A stretch of 64,000 bases of DNA from Acidobacteriota bacterium. GTDB taxonomy: Bacteria > Acidobacteriota > UBA6911 > RPQK01 > JACQSY01. Within the stretch, counting starts at the first letter, position 1. The number at the start of each line of letters is the position of its first letter. Positions 1 through 9,021 of this stretch are shown here, piece by piece. The position numbers and the translations under genes are program-made. The notes beneath the pieces are model-generated. The model was not told the origin of the DNA, searched no databases, and saw only the letters and a program-made list of their open reading frames with translations. The stretch is from positions 2,599 through 66,598 of the forward strand of contig JACQSY010000005.1 in NCBI GenBank assembly GCA_016211085.1, given 5' to 3'.

Positions 1-217
1 TTTGGGGAGGAAATGGGGATCTTGGAGATCCTCCTATCGAGTCAGAACGATTTGTGAAAACTGCGGAACTGTCATGTCGATGGTGGGCCTGTGGCGCTGC
101 AAGTGCGGCTACACGTACAAAGGACATCTTCTGCGCCTGTGCCCTGTCTGCCGGACCATGCCCGCCATGGTGCGCTGCTACCAGTGCGGGGTTACGGAGA
201 AACTGCCAGAACCATAA
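1..217 (+). CDS. small Cys-rich double zinc-ribbon protein, possibly 5'-truncated by the window edge
   Basis: ORF track 2..217 runs to the window edge. Four Cys pairs (CENC, CKC, CPVC, CYQC) in 71 aa. Stop TAA at 215-217, directly before the next mobile-element gene. Confidence 0.35.
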   Translation, partial: LGRKWGSWRSSYRVRTICENCGTVMSMVGLWRCKCGYTYKGHLLRLCPVCRTMPAMVRCYQCGVTEKLPEP

Positions 218-219
218 GA

Positions 220-960
220 TTGACTGCGCGATGCATGGAGATTCTAAAGATGCTGCGAGCGGCAAGGTGGCTGACGACCGGACAAATTGGGCGACGGTTC
301 TTCTCCTGTGCCAGCAAGGACGCCTGCCGTAAATGGCTGCGAAAGCTTGCCGAGGCAGGGTTTCTTGTCAGGTTTCAGGAGAACCGGATGAAGGAATCGC
401 TGTTTGCCCTGGGCACGGAAGGAAAGAGGGCGCTTGAAAAAATAGGGGCAAACGGAATCGGTCTGGAACGCCGACCACCCAGGCAGCTCGAACATTTTAC
501 AGGCATCAATGATTTGAGGATCGCCGCTGAGCTTACTCCAGGGCTTTCCTTCTTTTTTGCCTGTTGGGAGCTGCCAAGATACGGCTGGAAGTATCTGATC
601 ATTCCGGATGCCGTGTTTTCTGTTGCCGGGCAAACCTTTGCCGTGGAGTTTGACCGCGGGAAAGAGAGCGTCTCATTCTTGCGCAAAACGAAAGTCTCTG
701 CCTACCGGCAAGGGTTGGACGGTTTTCCACTTTCGGCAGTTCTGGTTGTGACGGATGGAAGCGCGCGAATGCAAACTTTGGCCAGAAGGATTTCCAATCA
801 TGGCGAGCGGATTTGGTTTACGACTTTGGCTCAGGTGCGCACGGAAGGATTTCAGGCACGAATTTTCTACAGAAAATCGGAATCGAACAGCCCGAGTTCA
901 TTTGGGAAGCTCTCTTGCCAGAGTCTCCTGTCGACCGGAGAGGTTCTGGAGCGTAAGTGA
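220..960 (+). CDS. replication-relaxation family protein (mobile-element winged-helix protein)
   Basis: Frame of ORF 91..960. LTARCMEILKMLRAARWLTTGQIGRRFF and PDAVFSVAGQTFAVEFDRG resemble the replication-relaxation family as I remember it. Start is uncertain (TTG 220, GTG 184 or ATG 235). Confidence 0.6.
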   Translation: MTARCMEILKMLRAARWLTTGQIGRRFFSCASKDACRKWLRKLAEAGFLVRFQENRMKESLFALGTEGKRALEKIGANGIGLERRPPRQLEHFTGINDLRIAAELTPGLSFFFACWELPRYGWKYLIIPDAVFSVAGQTFAVEFDRGKESVSFLRKTKVSAYRQGLDGFPLSAVLVVTDGSARMQTLARRISNHGERIWFTTLAQVRTEGFQARIFYRKSESNSPSSFGKLSCQSLLSTGEVLERK

Positions 961-1090
961 CTCAAGATCAGGAGCTTATAAGGAATGCCCGTCACCCTCT
1001 TCTAGAGACGGGGATGGCAGGGGAACGGCTTCCAAAAAACTATTCGATTGTTTTTTATGTTGTGGGAGGCGGGAGAAAGCATCAACTCCT

Positions 1091-1525
1091 ATGGAACAAC
1101 AACCACAAATTTTCAATCTCAAGCAGCGCGAGATGTTTGCTCGGCTGCTCGCACAGGCGAAAGAGCGGATTCAAGCAGAACTTGAAAGTGACTACTCCGT
1201 CGATTATCGGGTCGAAACTGAGGCGCTGCCAAAGCTTGCCGAAGAACACGGTGCTTCCGAAATGATTGCGAATGTGCGCGAACTCCACAAAGAGCTTGAG
1301 GAGGCAGAGACTGCGCTCCGCAAGCTCGGGTTTTCTTACGATGAGAAACGCATCGAGCTTCATCACGAAGCGCCCAAGGCTTTGAGGGAAGCATTGGAAG
1401 CTGCCAAACACTCGGCTCGACAGGCGCGCTACAAGGTCTTAAAGAAGTACGACCTGGCGATCCTGAGCGTCTGGGCATCGGAGGATGTTCAAGAGGCGAG
1501 GAAGATCGTGGAGGAACTTCTGTAA
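1091..1525 (+). CDS. hypothetical helical/coiled-coil protein of the integrated element
   Basis: ATG 1091 inside ORF 755..1525. MEQQPQIFNLKQREMFARLL..., Glu/Lys/Ala-rich, 144 aa. No family recognised. Confidence 0.45.
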   Translation: MEQQPQIFNLKQREMFARLLAQAKERIQAELESDYSVDYRVETEALPKLAEEHGASEMIANVRELHKELEEAETALRKLGFSYDEKRIELHHEAPKALREALEAAKHSARQARYKVLKKYDLAILSVWASEDVQEARKIVEELL

Positions 1526-1562
1526 ATTGTCATTGACCCGCCGCCCACAACGCCAAAAAGTC

Positions 1563-2330
1563 ATGAGGATTTTATCGCACACCCGCCGGGCGCACGATCG
1601 TCCGGGATTAATCATTAATCCCCCAAATCGTATGGCTTGGCGACCATATGAAAACCTCATCGACGGGGAGCTCGATAACCGTCGGCCAGGGCAAGTCACT
1701 GGCTCGATGCGCTTCTATCGTCGGGGAAAGCGTCCGCTCAAGGTCAAGTCCGACCTGACGGGAGACTTCCACGAAGACGTCCGAGGCAAGGTCATCCAGC
1801 TCGCGAACCCCGAACCGTCTGATCGGAGTGAGACACTCCATCGGGATGGCACGTACATGGAAGGGTTCTCCGCAGTGCAGCGGGGGGAAGTCGGCGATAT
1901 CACCGCAGGGCTGCCGCTTGGTCCCTGGACCGAAGAGCTGGCCCAAACACTCATCACGCAGAATGAGATGTATTGGGAACAGTCTGGTGTTCCGGAGGCC
2001 GAGCGCAGGCAGCGACGGCAGGAATTGTCCGACTCCTTCCGTGCTCATATTGCGGCAGAAGACCTCTTCTACCCGTATGTGCCCTATCCGTGCATCGAGT
2101 GGTACTCCGATGCCAACGGCCGAGTGGTTCTAGAGCTGGAGCCTTGGCAGATTGTGATTGTCGACATGGCGTCCGCCCGCAGCGAGAAGACCTTGGAGGA
2201 TCTTTTCGAAGACGAACAGAGACGCTCCGAGGCCATGGCTCGTTTTATGGCCGGAATGGTGAGCGAGTTTTCCCGTCAGAGCCGCAATAAAGGCGGAGAC
2301 GGCAACGTCTTCGGTGCGGTGGTGAATTAA
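1563..2330 (+). CDS. hypothetical protein of the integrated element
   Basis: Frame of ORF 1485..2330, with candidate starts ATG 1563 or ATG 1632. Acidic C-terminal half. No family recognised. Confidence 0.45.
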   Translation: MRILSHTRRAHDRPGLIINPPNRMAWRPYENLIDGELDNRRPGQVTGSMRFYRRGKRPLKVKSDLTGDFHEDVRGKVIQLANPEPSDRSETLHRDGTYMEGFSAVQRGEVGDITAGLPLGPWTEELAQTLITQNEMYWEQSGVPEAERRQRRQELSDSFRAHIAAEDLFYPYVPYPCIEWYSDANGRVVLELEPWQIVIVDMASARSEKTLEDLFEDEQRRSEAMARFMAGMVSEFSRQSRNKGGDGNVFGAVVN

Positions 2331-2390
2331 GGTTTTCCGTCGGGGTTCGCGCCCCGGCGGGTGGGCGGCCAGAAAAAAGGATGACCCAAC

Positions 2391-2588
2391 ATGGAATCCG
2401 AACTGATGACAATAGACCAGGCGGCGCGCTATCTTTCTATTGCCAAGCCGACACTCTATCACTGGGTATCGGACAGAAGGATTCCCTTTGTAAAAATGGG
2501 CCGACTCGTGCGGTTCCGGCGCTGCGACCTGGACCGTTTTATTCTCAAAAATCTTCGCGGCAGAAAGGAGATAGCCACTCTCTCATGA
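2391..2588 (+). CDS. excisionase-family helix-turn-helix DNA-binding protein
   Basis: MTIDQAARYLSIAKPTLYHWVSDRRIPFVKMGRLVRFRRCDLDRFI is the classic excisionase/MerR-like HTH. Its stop overlaps the integrase ATG (ATGA at 2585-2588). Confidence 0.75.
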   Translation: MESELMTIDQAARYLSIAKPTLYHWVSDRRIPFVKMGRLVRFRRCDLDRFILKNLRGRKEIATLS

Positions 2589-3618
2589 AGTCCCGGAACA
2601 ACCGGGACTTTACCAAAGGGCCAGTCTGGGATGAGGAGATCGAGCGCTATCGGGTCGAGATCCTCTATCCGGATGGATCGCGGCTCCGAAAACGGTTCTG
2701 CCGTGAACGGGAAGCCAATCGTTTTTGGGCGACCGAACAGGCCAAGATCGACCAGGGGAGCTGGAATGAGACCCGGCCAAAAAATCTAAGGCTCGGGACC
2801 GCCCTCGATGAGTACCGGCAGTATTGCCAGATGCAACATCGATCATACGTGACCTACATGAAACGCCCGCTGGATTTCTGGGAGGAGAGGTTCGGCCGGG
2901 AAACGCTCGTGGCCAAGATCACCAAAGCTCACATCGAGCAGATCAAGCTGGAACTCGCTTCCAAACTGGATCGATCTACGGTCAACAAGTATCTCGCCGT
3001 GCTCAAGGCGTTCTTAAATTGGCTGATTCTTCAGGGGCAGTGTCACTCCAATCCGGTGAAGAAGATCAAGCTCTTTTCCACGAACAACGAGATCGTCCGA
3101 TATCTGGATGCAGCCGACGAGTATCCAAAGCTTCTGGAAGAGGCTGCCAAGATCCGGTGGTACCTTCCCTATATGATCAAGTTGGCGGTCCACACCGGGC
3201 TGCGGAAACACAATTTGCTCCACCTGCAGTGGAATCAGTGCGATTTTAAAACGCGAACTATTCGAATCGCCCAAGACACGAAGAACCAGGAGCCCGTTGC
3301 CCTTCCGATGAACGACACCGTGATTCGGACGCTACAGGAGCTCAAAGAGAAAACCGGTGCGTACGAATACGTGTTTGCTCATCGAAAAGGTCGTGACCGC
3401 GGCCTGCCCATCCAGGATGTGAAAAACAGCTTTGCCAGTGCTTGTGAGAAGGCAGGTATTGAGAACTTCCGCTGGCACGACATGAGGCACACATTCGCGT
3501 CCTGGCTGGTGCCGCGGTGCAGAAGCTGCTAGGTCACAAGACCATCACCATGACGCTGCGGTACGCGCACCTAGGCCCAGACTACTTGGCCGACGAGGTA
3601 AAGGTCCTGGACAAATGA
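2585..3618 (+). pseudogene. tyrosine recombinase (phage-type integrase) disrupted by a frameshift/small deletion near 3510-3520
   Basis: Frame 1 (2585-3532) encodes the SAM-like N-domain and the catalytic box ...FRWHDMRHTFASWLV, then PRCRSC-stop. The conserved C-terminus VQKLLGHKTITMTLRYAHLGPDYL (catalytic Tyr) continues in another frame from about 3517 to stop 3616-3618. Confidence 0.75.
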
Positions 3619-3631
3619 CGGGACAATAGAG

Positions 3632-3667
3632 GGCAAAGTGCAGCGATTTGGCAAAAATTTGGCAAAG
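3632..3667 (+). repeat. tandem GGCAAA(G/A) motifs, two as TTTGGCAAA 11 bp apart (candidate integrase arm-type sites)
   Basis: GGCAAAG at 3632-3638, TTTGGCAAA at 3647-3655 and TTTGGCAAA at 3658-3666. They lie between the integrase 3' end and the tRNA 3' end. Confidence 0.3.
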
Positions 3668-3710
3668 TCGAAAATCGGGGAGTTTTGAGGGGCTGTAAGT
3701 TATTGATTTA

Positions 3711-3791
<81 letters not shown>

Positions 3792-3810
3792 GCAGTGATG
3801 GAAAAAACTC

Positions 3811-3840
3811 TTTATAGCGAAAAAAGCGAGCCCGGGTCAA
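3811..3840 (-). promoter_or_regulatory. candidate sigma70-type promoter for tRNA-Asn
   Basis: Minus strand reads TTGACC (3840-3835), an 18-nt spacer, then TATAAA (3816-3811), about 25 nt upstream of the tRNA 5' end. Confidence 0.4.
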
Positions 3841-3855
3841 GGGCAAGAGGGGGAG

Positions 3856-4005
3856 GCGAAGTACGAATTTCGAAGCGCGAAGTAAGAATGACGAAGCTTG
3901 GAGTGATGACAGACGCACAAGACCATGTCAAAGGCCGTTGCGGCGGACGGTCTTTTTTGAAACGGCTGTGATCACCACGAGCTCTTATCGAAATTCGTAC
4001 TTCGC
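3856..4005. repeat. 18-bp perfect inverted repeat GCGAAGTACGAATTTCGA (3856-3873 / 3988-4005) with extra GAAGTRCGAA-like copies
   Basis: Direct reading shows 3988-4005 is the exact reverse complement of 3856-3873. Additional CGAAG/CTTCG motifs flank both arms. The repeat lies just 3' of the DPP-IV stop. Confidence 0.6.
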
Positions 4006-4019
4006 ACTTCGTACTTTCT

Positions 4020-6218
4020 CTACAGGTGCTCCAGAATAAAATCCGTCATGAGTGTGCGCAGGTGCTTGACGAGAAGCGGATCGGTCACGGCATGGCGCGA
4101 GCGTGGATACACCATCAGTTCGAATTTCTTCCCCGCCTTTTGCAGCTCATACACCCACTGCACGGAATTTTGAAAATGCACGTTGTCATCGGTCAGTCCG
4201 TGAATGAGCAGCAGCCGCCCCGCCAGGTTCCCCGCCGACTTTAAGAGCGAGCTTTTATCGTAGCCTGAAGGATTGTTCTGCAGCAGCCCCATGTAGCGCT
4301 CCGTGTAAATGCTGTCATACAGCCGCCAGTCGGTCACCGGAGCCCCCGCAATTCCCATGCGAAAGTCCGTGCTGTGCGTCAACGCATATCCCACCATGTA
4401 ACCGCCAAAGCTCCAGCCCCAGATGCCGATCCTTTCCGCATCCACATAAGGCTGGGCCTTCAGCCAATTCACCCCGTCCTGCAAGTCATGGAACTCCAGC
4501 TCTCCAAAATTCCTGTAGACCGGCCACGCCGACTGAACTCCCTTGCCGCTGGCAATGCGGTTGTCACATATCCAAATCAAATACCCGCGCTGCGCCAGCA
4601 TCTGGTGCCACAGCCCGGTGGTGCTTCCCCAGCTGTTACGCACCAGAGGAAGACGCGGTCCGCCGTAGTTGTAAATCAGCACCGGATACTTTTTAGCCGG
4701 ATTAAAATCCGGGGGCTTCAAAAGCAACGCTTCCAGCAGGAACCCATCCCGGGCTTTGATCTGCAGAAACTCCGGCTTTGACAAGCGAAACTCCTCCAGC
4801 ACCATTACTCGATTAGCATCAATCACACGGGCCTCGGATCCATCGGCGCGATGCATCCTCACTTGGAGCGGCGTAGTGACGTCGCTCCAAGTGTCAATGA
4901 ACCACTTGAAATCCGGACTGAAGTTGGCCTGGTGAGTACCTGGCTTCTGCGTCAGGCGGATCAGCCCGGTTCCATCCATGCGAACCCGGAACACATCCAC
5001 GCTGCCCGCGCTGCGCTCGTTGGCCGAGAAGTAGACCCACCCCTCATCCGGGTCTGCGCCAAAAAGCGACCGCACTTCCCAGGTGCCGCTGGTCAGGCGC
5101 CGGATCAACTTTCCCGACGGCGCATAATGGTAAATATGCCTCCAGCCGGACTGCTCTCCGGCCCACAAGAACGAACCATCCTTCAACCAGAAAATGCCGT
5201 CAACCGGCTCCACCCACGCCATGGAGGTTTCCCGGATCCACATTTGCGAAGTTCCGTTCCTGATATCGGCGGCGTTTAGCTCGAGCCAGGCCTGCTCCCG
5301 GTTCTGGACTTGGTACAGGACCTGGTTCGAATCCTTGGTCCAACCCACCCGAACCACCAGCGGCTGTGCTTCCCGGTAGCGGCCGAGATCAATCCATCGC
5401 GTGGAACCCCCAGAAGCCGAAACAAAGCCAAGCTTCACCTCCGGATTCGGATCACCCGGTTTGGGATAACGGGTTTGCTCCACCACTGGATTCACCGACA
5501 TGTGATCCATTAGGGTGTAGGAGGGTACGCGGGATTCATCCAGCTGCAGGTAGGCGAGCAGGGTGGAGTCAGGACTCCACCAGTAGCCTTTAAAGTGTCC
5601 TCTCCCGTAAATCTCCTCCTGGTAAATCCAATCCAGGATTCCGTTGAGCAATGTAGCGCTTCCGTCCACGGTAATCTGCCGTTCACTGGGGCCTGCAAGA
5701 TCCACCACGTAAATATTGTTGTCGCGCACAAAGCTCACCATCTTGCCATCGGGGCTGAACTCGGCTTCAAGCTCCTCCTGAGGCGAGTTCGTCAAGCGAA
5801 GTGCGCGGTGGGAATTGATGTTGTAATAAAAAAGATCCCGAGCGTAACTGATCAGCAGACTTTCTTTCCCGTCGTACTGAAAAACTCCCTCGGAGGCCAG
5901 GTTGAGCGCTTCTTTCGAACTGAATCCGGGCAGGGCAAGAAATGCTGACTGGAGCCGCTCCATGCTGAACAAAAGCTGTTGTCTTCCCGTTACGGCGTGG
6001 ACCTTAAGCCACGAGGTCAGATTTTCTCCGGGATTCTTTTTTCGCTGGATGTAGTGCGTACTGTCGGCGAGCCAACGAAGACCGGAAGGCGCAGAGCCTT
6101 CAAAATTAGTTTTTCGGTCGGGATCGTAGAGGTCATCAATGGTCAGAAGCCGCTTTTGGGTGAAAACGGGCTGACACAGTGAGCAGGCAACGGCCAGCCA
6201 AACGAGGATGTGTTTCAT
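4020..6218 (-). CDS. secreted dipeptidyl-peptidase IV family serine peptidase (S9B)
   Basis: 732 aa with an N-terminal signal-like MKHILVWLAVACSL. Has a DPP-IV beta-propeller region, then an S9 catalytic domain with GWSFGGYM (nucleophile Ser), and later LIHGLTDDNVH. Confidence 0.9.
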   Translation of the reverse strand: MKHILVWLAVACSLCQPVFTQKRLLTIDDLYDPDRKTNFEGSAPSGLRWLADSTHYIQRKKNPGENLTSWLKVHAVTGRQQLLFSMERLQSAFLALPGFSSKEALNLASEGVFQYDGKESLLISYARDLFYYNINSHRALRLTNSPQEELEAEFSPDGKMVSFVRDNNIYVVDLAGPSERQITVDGSATLLNGILDWIYQEEIYGRGHFKGYWWSPDSTLLAYLQLDESRVPSYTLMDHMSVNPVVEQTRYPKPGDPNPEVKLGFVSASGGSTRWIDLGRYREAQPLVVRVGWTKDSNQVLYQVQNREQAWLELNAADIRNGTSQMWIRETSMAWVEPVDGIFWLKDGSFLWAGEQSGWRHIYHYAPSGKLIRRLTSGTWEVRSLFGADPDEGWVYFSANERSAGSVDVFRVRMDGTGLIRLTQKPGTHQANFSPDFKWFIDTWSDVTTPLQVRMHRADGSEARVIDANRVMVLEEFRLSKPEFLQIKARDGFLLEALLLKPPDFNPAKKYPVLIYNYGGPRLPLVRNSWGSTTGLWHQMLAQRGYLIWICDNRIASGKGVQSAWPVYRNFGELEFHDLQDGVNWLKAQPYVDAERIGIWGWSFGGYMVGYALTHSTDFRMGIAGAPVTDWRLYDSIYTERYMGLLQNNPSGYDKSSLLKSAGNLAGRLLLIHGLTDDNVHFQNSVQWVYELQKAGKKFELMVYPRSRHAVTDPLLVKHLRTLMTDFILEHL

Positions 6219-6246
6219 ATCATCTTGATCTTCAAGCAGAATCTCG

Positions 6247-7128
6247 TCACTTTACGACCAGTACCGGGCTGCTGCCCTCGCGGCCGATCTTGATAGGAGT
6301 GCTTCCCAGAAAAAATTGCAAAAGGCTGGGACGTTTACTCACCCCCAGTGTGACGATGTGGTGTGACTGGGCTTCCCGGAGTATGGTTCGGGCTACGGGT
6401 CCCCGGCGAATCCGAATTTCACAATCGATATTGAAGTGCTTCAACAGCCGGCAGGTCCGTTCCGCCGATTCCATGGCCGCATGCTCCTCCCACGGATAGC
6501 CATAAATTGACAGGACATCCACCTTCATCAGGAGCTGGCAAGCCAGTCCGAGACAAAATTCCTCGGCGCGGCGTGCCGCCCGCGAATCATCCATACACAA
6601 GAGGAAGCGGTAATCAGCCGGCAAAGGATTTTTTACAATTAAAACCGAATTTTCAAGGTAGTGGATGATTTGGTGCACCAGACGTCCTCCGTCTCCGCTG
6701 GCGCCGACCAGCACCAGATCAAAAGGGACATCCAGAGTTTCCTGGATGATGTTGCCAACAATATCGCCCTCGCGAATCCGAATCCGCACATGTTCGCCGG
6801 CGGCACCGTAAAGATGATACTCATAAGCTCCACGGATGCCTGCTTTGGGTGCGTGGCGCACATCCACACTACCTTCGACCATTCTGAGGAAATTTTCTTC
6901 AGAAAGAATTTGTTCCAAGCCTTTCAAGAGCCGCGATTCCTCTGTCTCAACGTGCCATTGTTCAAGCTTCTCCTGGGAAATGCGAATCTCTTCCTTGAAA
7001 AGATAAGAAACGCTGGGACGGACGTACAGAACCGAGACATCCGCGCGCAGACGAGAGGCCATGCGCATGCCGAAGCTCAGGGTTCCGCGAGAATACTGTT
7101 CTCCACCAACGCAAATTAGAAAATGCAT
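6247..7128 (-). CDS. universal stress protein, tandem Usp domains
   Basis: 293 aa with two Usp-like halves (..LVLVGASGDGGRLVHQI..SVLIVK and ..IVTLGVSKRPSLLQFFLGSTPIKIGREGSSPVLVVK). The start abuts the permease stop. Confidence 0.8.
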   Translation of the reverse strand: MHFLICVGGEQYSRGTLSFGMRMASRLRADVSVLYVRPSVSYLFKEEIRISQEKLEQWHVETEESRLLKGLEQILSEENFLRMVEGSVDVRHAPKAGIRGAYEYHLYGAAGEHVRIRIREGDIVGNIIQETLDVPFDLVLVGASGDGGRLVHQIIHYLENSVLIVKNPLPADYRFLLCMDDSRAARRAEEFCLGLACQLLMKVDVLSIYGYPWEEHAAMESAERTCRLLKHFNIDCEIRIRRGPVARTILREAQSHHIVTLGVSKRPSLLQFFLGSTPIKIGREGSSPVLVVK

Positions 7129-8541
7129 CTAAATAAACCGTAACAAAGGCGGCCACAAAAAGCGTGCAAACAGGAGAATGGCCACCAGCGAAACCAGCGC
7201 CAGCCTGAATCCAACGCGACGGTACTCGTGGGATTGGACCATACCGCTTCCGTGCACGATAGAGCACGCCGAGGAACTCATGGGAGTGAAATTGGCGCAG
7301 CTGGCACCGGCCACCAGAACCAGACCGAGAATGACGGGACTCGAGCCGCTCAACTCTGCCTGCCGGAGCACGATGGGCCCTAAGAGTGCGATTCCTGCAC
7401 CGGTTCCAATCACGCTTCCAAAAAACATGCTGAGGAGACTGATAAAGATCAGCAGGGGAAAACCGCCGTGAATATTCAACAATCTCAATAGAAATTGAAT
7501 GTTGCCCGCCAGCCAATCGGCCGCCCCGCTCAGGTCCATCCACAGCCCAATGGAAATGATAGACGAATAGAGCAGAATCAAGCCCCAATTAAGGTCCTGA
7601 TTAATATCTTCCCAGCGCAGCACTCCCCCCATGATGCACAGTACCACTCCCAAAAGCGCGATCGGACCCAAGCCTAACACCTTGCTGAAAAAAATCCACA
7701 GCACCAGCGTGATCAGAATGACCGTGATCACAATCCAATCCTCTGGTCTTAGGCGCCGCTGGGGTATGATTTCGCGCCTCAGCGCGACATACACACTGGC
7801 CAGGTTTCCAGAGTGGTGAGGGTAAATTCGCCGGAGGACCAGATACAGAAGCGGCACCTGCACGAGCGCCAGCGGGTACATGAACAGGACCCAGTCGAGG
7901 TAACCCACGCGAAAGTGAAACATTCTTTCCCAATAGCTGATCATTACTGCGTTGCGCGCTCCGGCAGAAGGTGTAGCGATAGCCGCAACAGCACAGCCGT
8001 AGGCAATCGCCATAAGCAGGAGTCCGCGAAAAGGGCTCGCATCCACCTCGTCCCGGCTGGAGCCTATTAACACCATGGCCACCGGCAGCATGATCGCCGC
8101 CACGGAATGTTCTCCCATTACAGAAGCCATAAGAGCTGAAGCGCCGAGGACGGTGAACACGGTCCATGGGATATTGGTACGGGTCAGCCGCAAGATAAAA
8201 TACAAAATTCTACGATCCAGATGCTGTTTGACCACCGCCAGCGCCAGCATCATTGAGCCCCCGATGAAGATCACCGAGTCACTTGCGAACGACTGGGCTA
8301 CTTGCGACGGCGAGGCCACCCCCAACAGAACCTCCAGTACCACGATGAGCAAGGCCACCACCGGAAGCGGCACCGGCTCGAAAATGGAGAGCAAAATGGT
8401 CATGAGGACAATTCCCAGGACCGATTTTGCCTGTGAGGTCAAGGTTTCGGGAGTCGGAAGGAGGTGGACCACCAGCGCCACCAGCAGTGCAAAAAACAGC
8501 CAGCGCCGATATTCGACCTGATAGAGAAGGTATTTGAACAC
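7129..8541 (-). CDS. anion permease of the ArsB/NhaD (SLC13/DASS-like) superfamily
   Basis: 470 aa polytopic membrane protein. Its N-terminal pattern EPVPLPVVALLIVVLEVLLGV..AQSFASDSVIFIGGSMMLA is typical of SLC13-type permeases. Confidence 0.7.
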   Translation of the reverse strand: MFKYLLYQVEYRRWLFFALLVALVVHLLPTPETLTSQAKSVLGIVLMTILLSIFEPVPLPVVALLIVVLEVLLGVASPSQVAQSFASDSVIFIGGSMMLALAVVKQHLDRRILYFILRLTRTNIPWTVFTVLGASALMASVMGEHSVAAIMLPVAMVLIGSSRDEVDASPFRGLLLMAIAYGCAVAAIATPSAGARNAVMISYWERMFHFRVGYLDWVLFMYPLALVQVPLLYLVLRRIYPHHSGNLASVYVALRREIIPQRRLRPEDWIVITVILITLVLWIFFSKVLGLGPIALLGVVLCIMGGVLRWEDINQDLNWGLILLYSSIISIGLWMDLSGAADWLAGNIQFLLRLLNIHGGFPLLIFISLLSMFFGSVIGTGAGIALLGPIVLRQAELSGSSPVILGLVLVAGASCANFTPMSSSACSIVHGSGMVQSHEYRRVGFRLALVSLVAILLFARFLWPPLLRFI

Positions 8542-8727
8542 TTGGTTTTATTGTTACAGGTGAACTGGCGGGAGACAAGCCGATAGGGATTAAAAAACGG
8601 CAGGCCAGCGGCTGAGGGCCAGATTGGGCCAAAATGGGGGCTTGTGTGAGGGGCACCCACCGTCCAGTGAGGGGACCCAATCCTAGCCCCGAGTCGCTGG
8701 CTGCTCAAAAAAACTGCAAATTCGCAA

Positions 8728-8751
8728 CGCCGATCGGCGCGTTGATCGGCG
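8728..8751 (-). terminator. terminator-like hairpin after the small peptide gene
   Basis: CGCCGATC-8 nt-GATCGGCG starts 1 nt after stop 8753-8755. A second mini-hairpin and a U7 run (plus-strand A7 at 8707-8713) follow on the minus strand. Confidence 0.4.
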
Positions 8752-8752
8752 A

Positions 8753-8911
8753 TCAGTTGCAGCAGGGAGGCGGAACCGGGGCACCCGGGTCACAGCATGC
8801 TGCCGTGGCTTCGCTGGAAACCTGGTCGGCCTTGCTGGTCCCAAAATCACTGACTGCAACAGCCGTGAAAAACGCCACCAAAAAACTGCTCAGCAAAAAG
8901 AAACGAATCAT
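8753..8911 (-). CDS. 52-aa secreted Cys-rich peptide precursor (signal peptide plus C-terminal CC-x10-CC)
   Basis: MIRFFLLSSFLVAFFTAVAVSDFGTSKADQVSSEATAACCDPGAPVPPPCCN. GAAAGGGGA Shine-Dalgarno 8-10 nt upstream of ATG 8911, and its own hairpin downstream. Confidence 0.5.
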   Translation of the reverse strand: MIRFFLLSSFLVAFFTAVAVSDFGTSKADQVSSEATAACCDPGAPVPPPCCN

Positions 8912-8947
8912 GTTTGAATATCCCCTTTCAACAATCACTTTAAAGGG

Positions 8948-9000
8948 TTTTTCAATGCACGTGGAAAAATCTTGGTGACGCCAAGACTTTCGAATAGAAT
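8948..9000. promoter_or_regulatory. divergent control region with two palindromes and a promoter for the XRE gene
   Basis: Palindrome TTTTTC-N10(CACGTG)-GAAAAA at 8948-8969. Palindrome CTTGG-TGACG-CCAAG at 8971-8985 overlaps a -35 TTGGTG (8972-8977). A 17-nt spacer precedes -10 TAGAAT (8995-9000). Confidence 0.35.
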
Positions 9001-9021
9001 TAATGACCTGTGGGGGGCACC

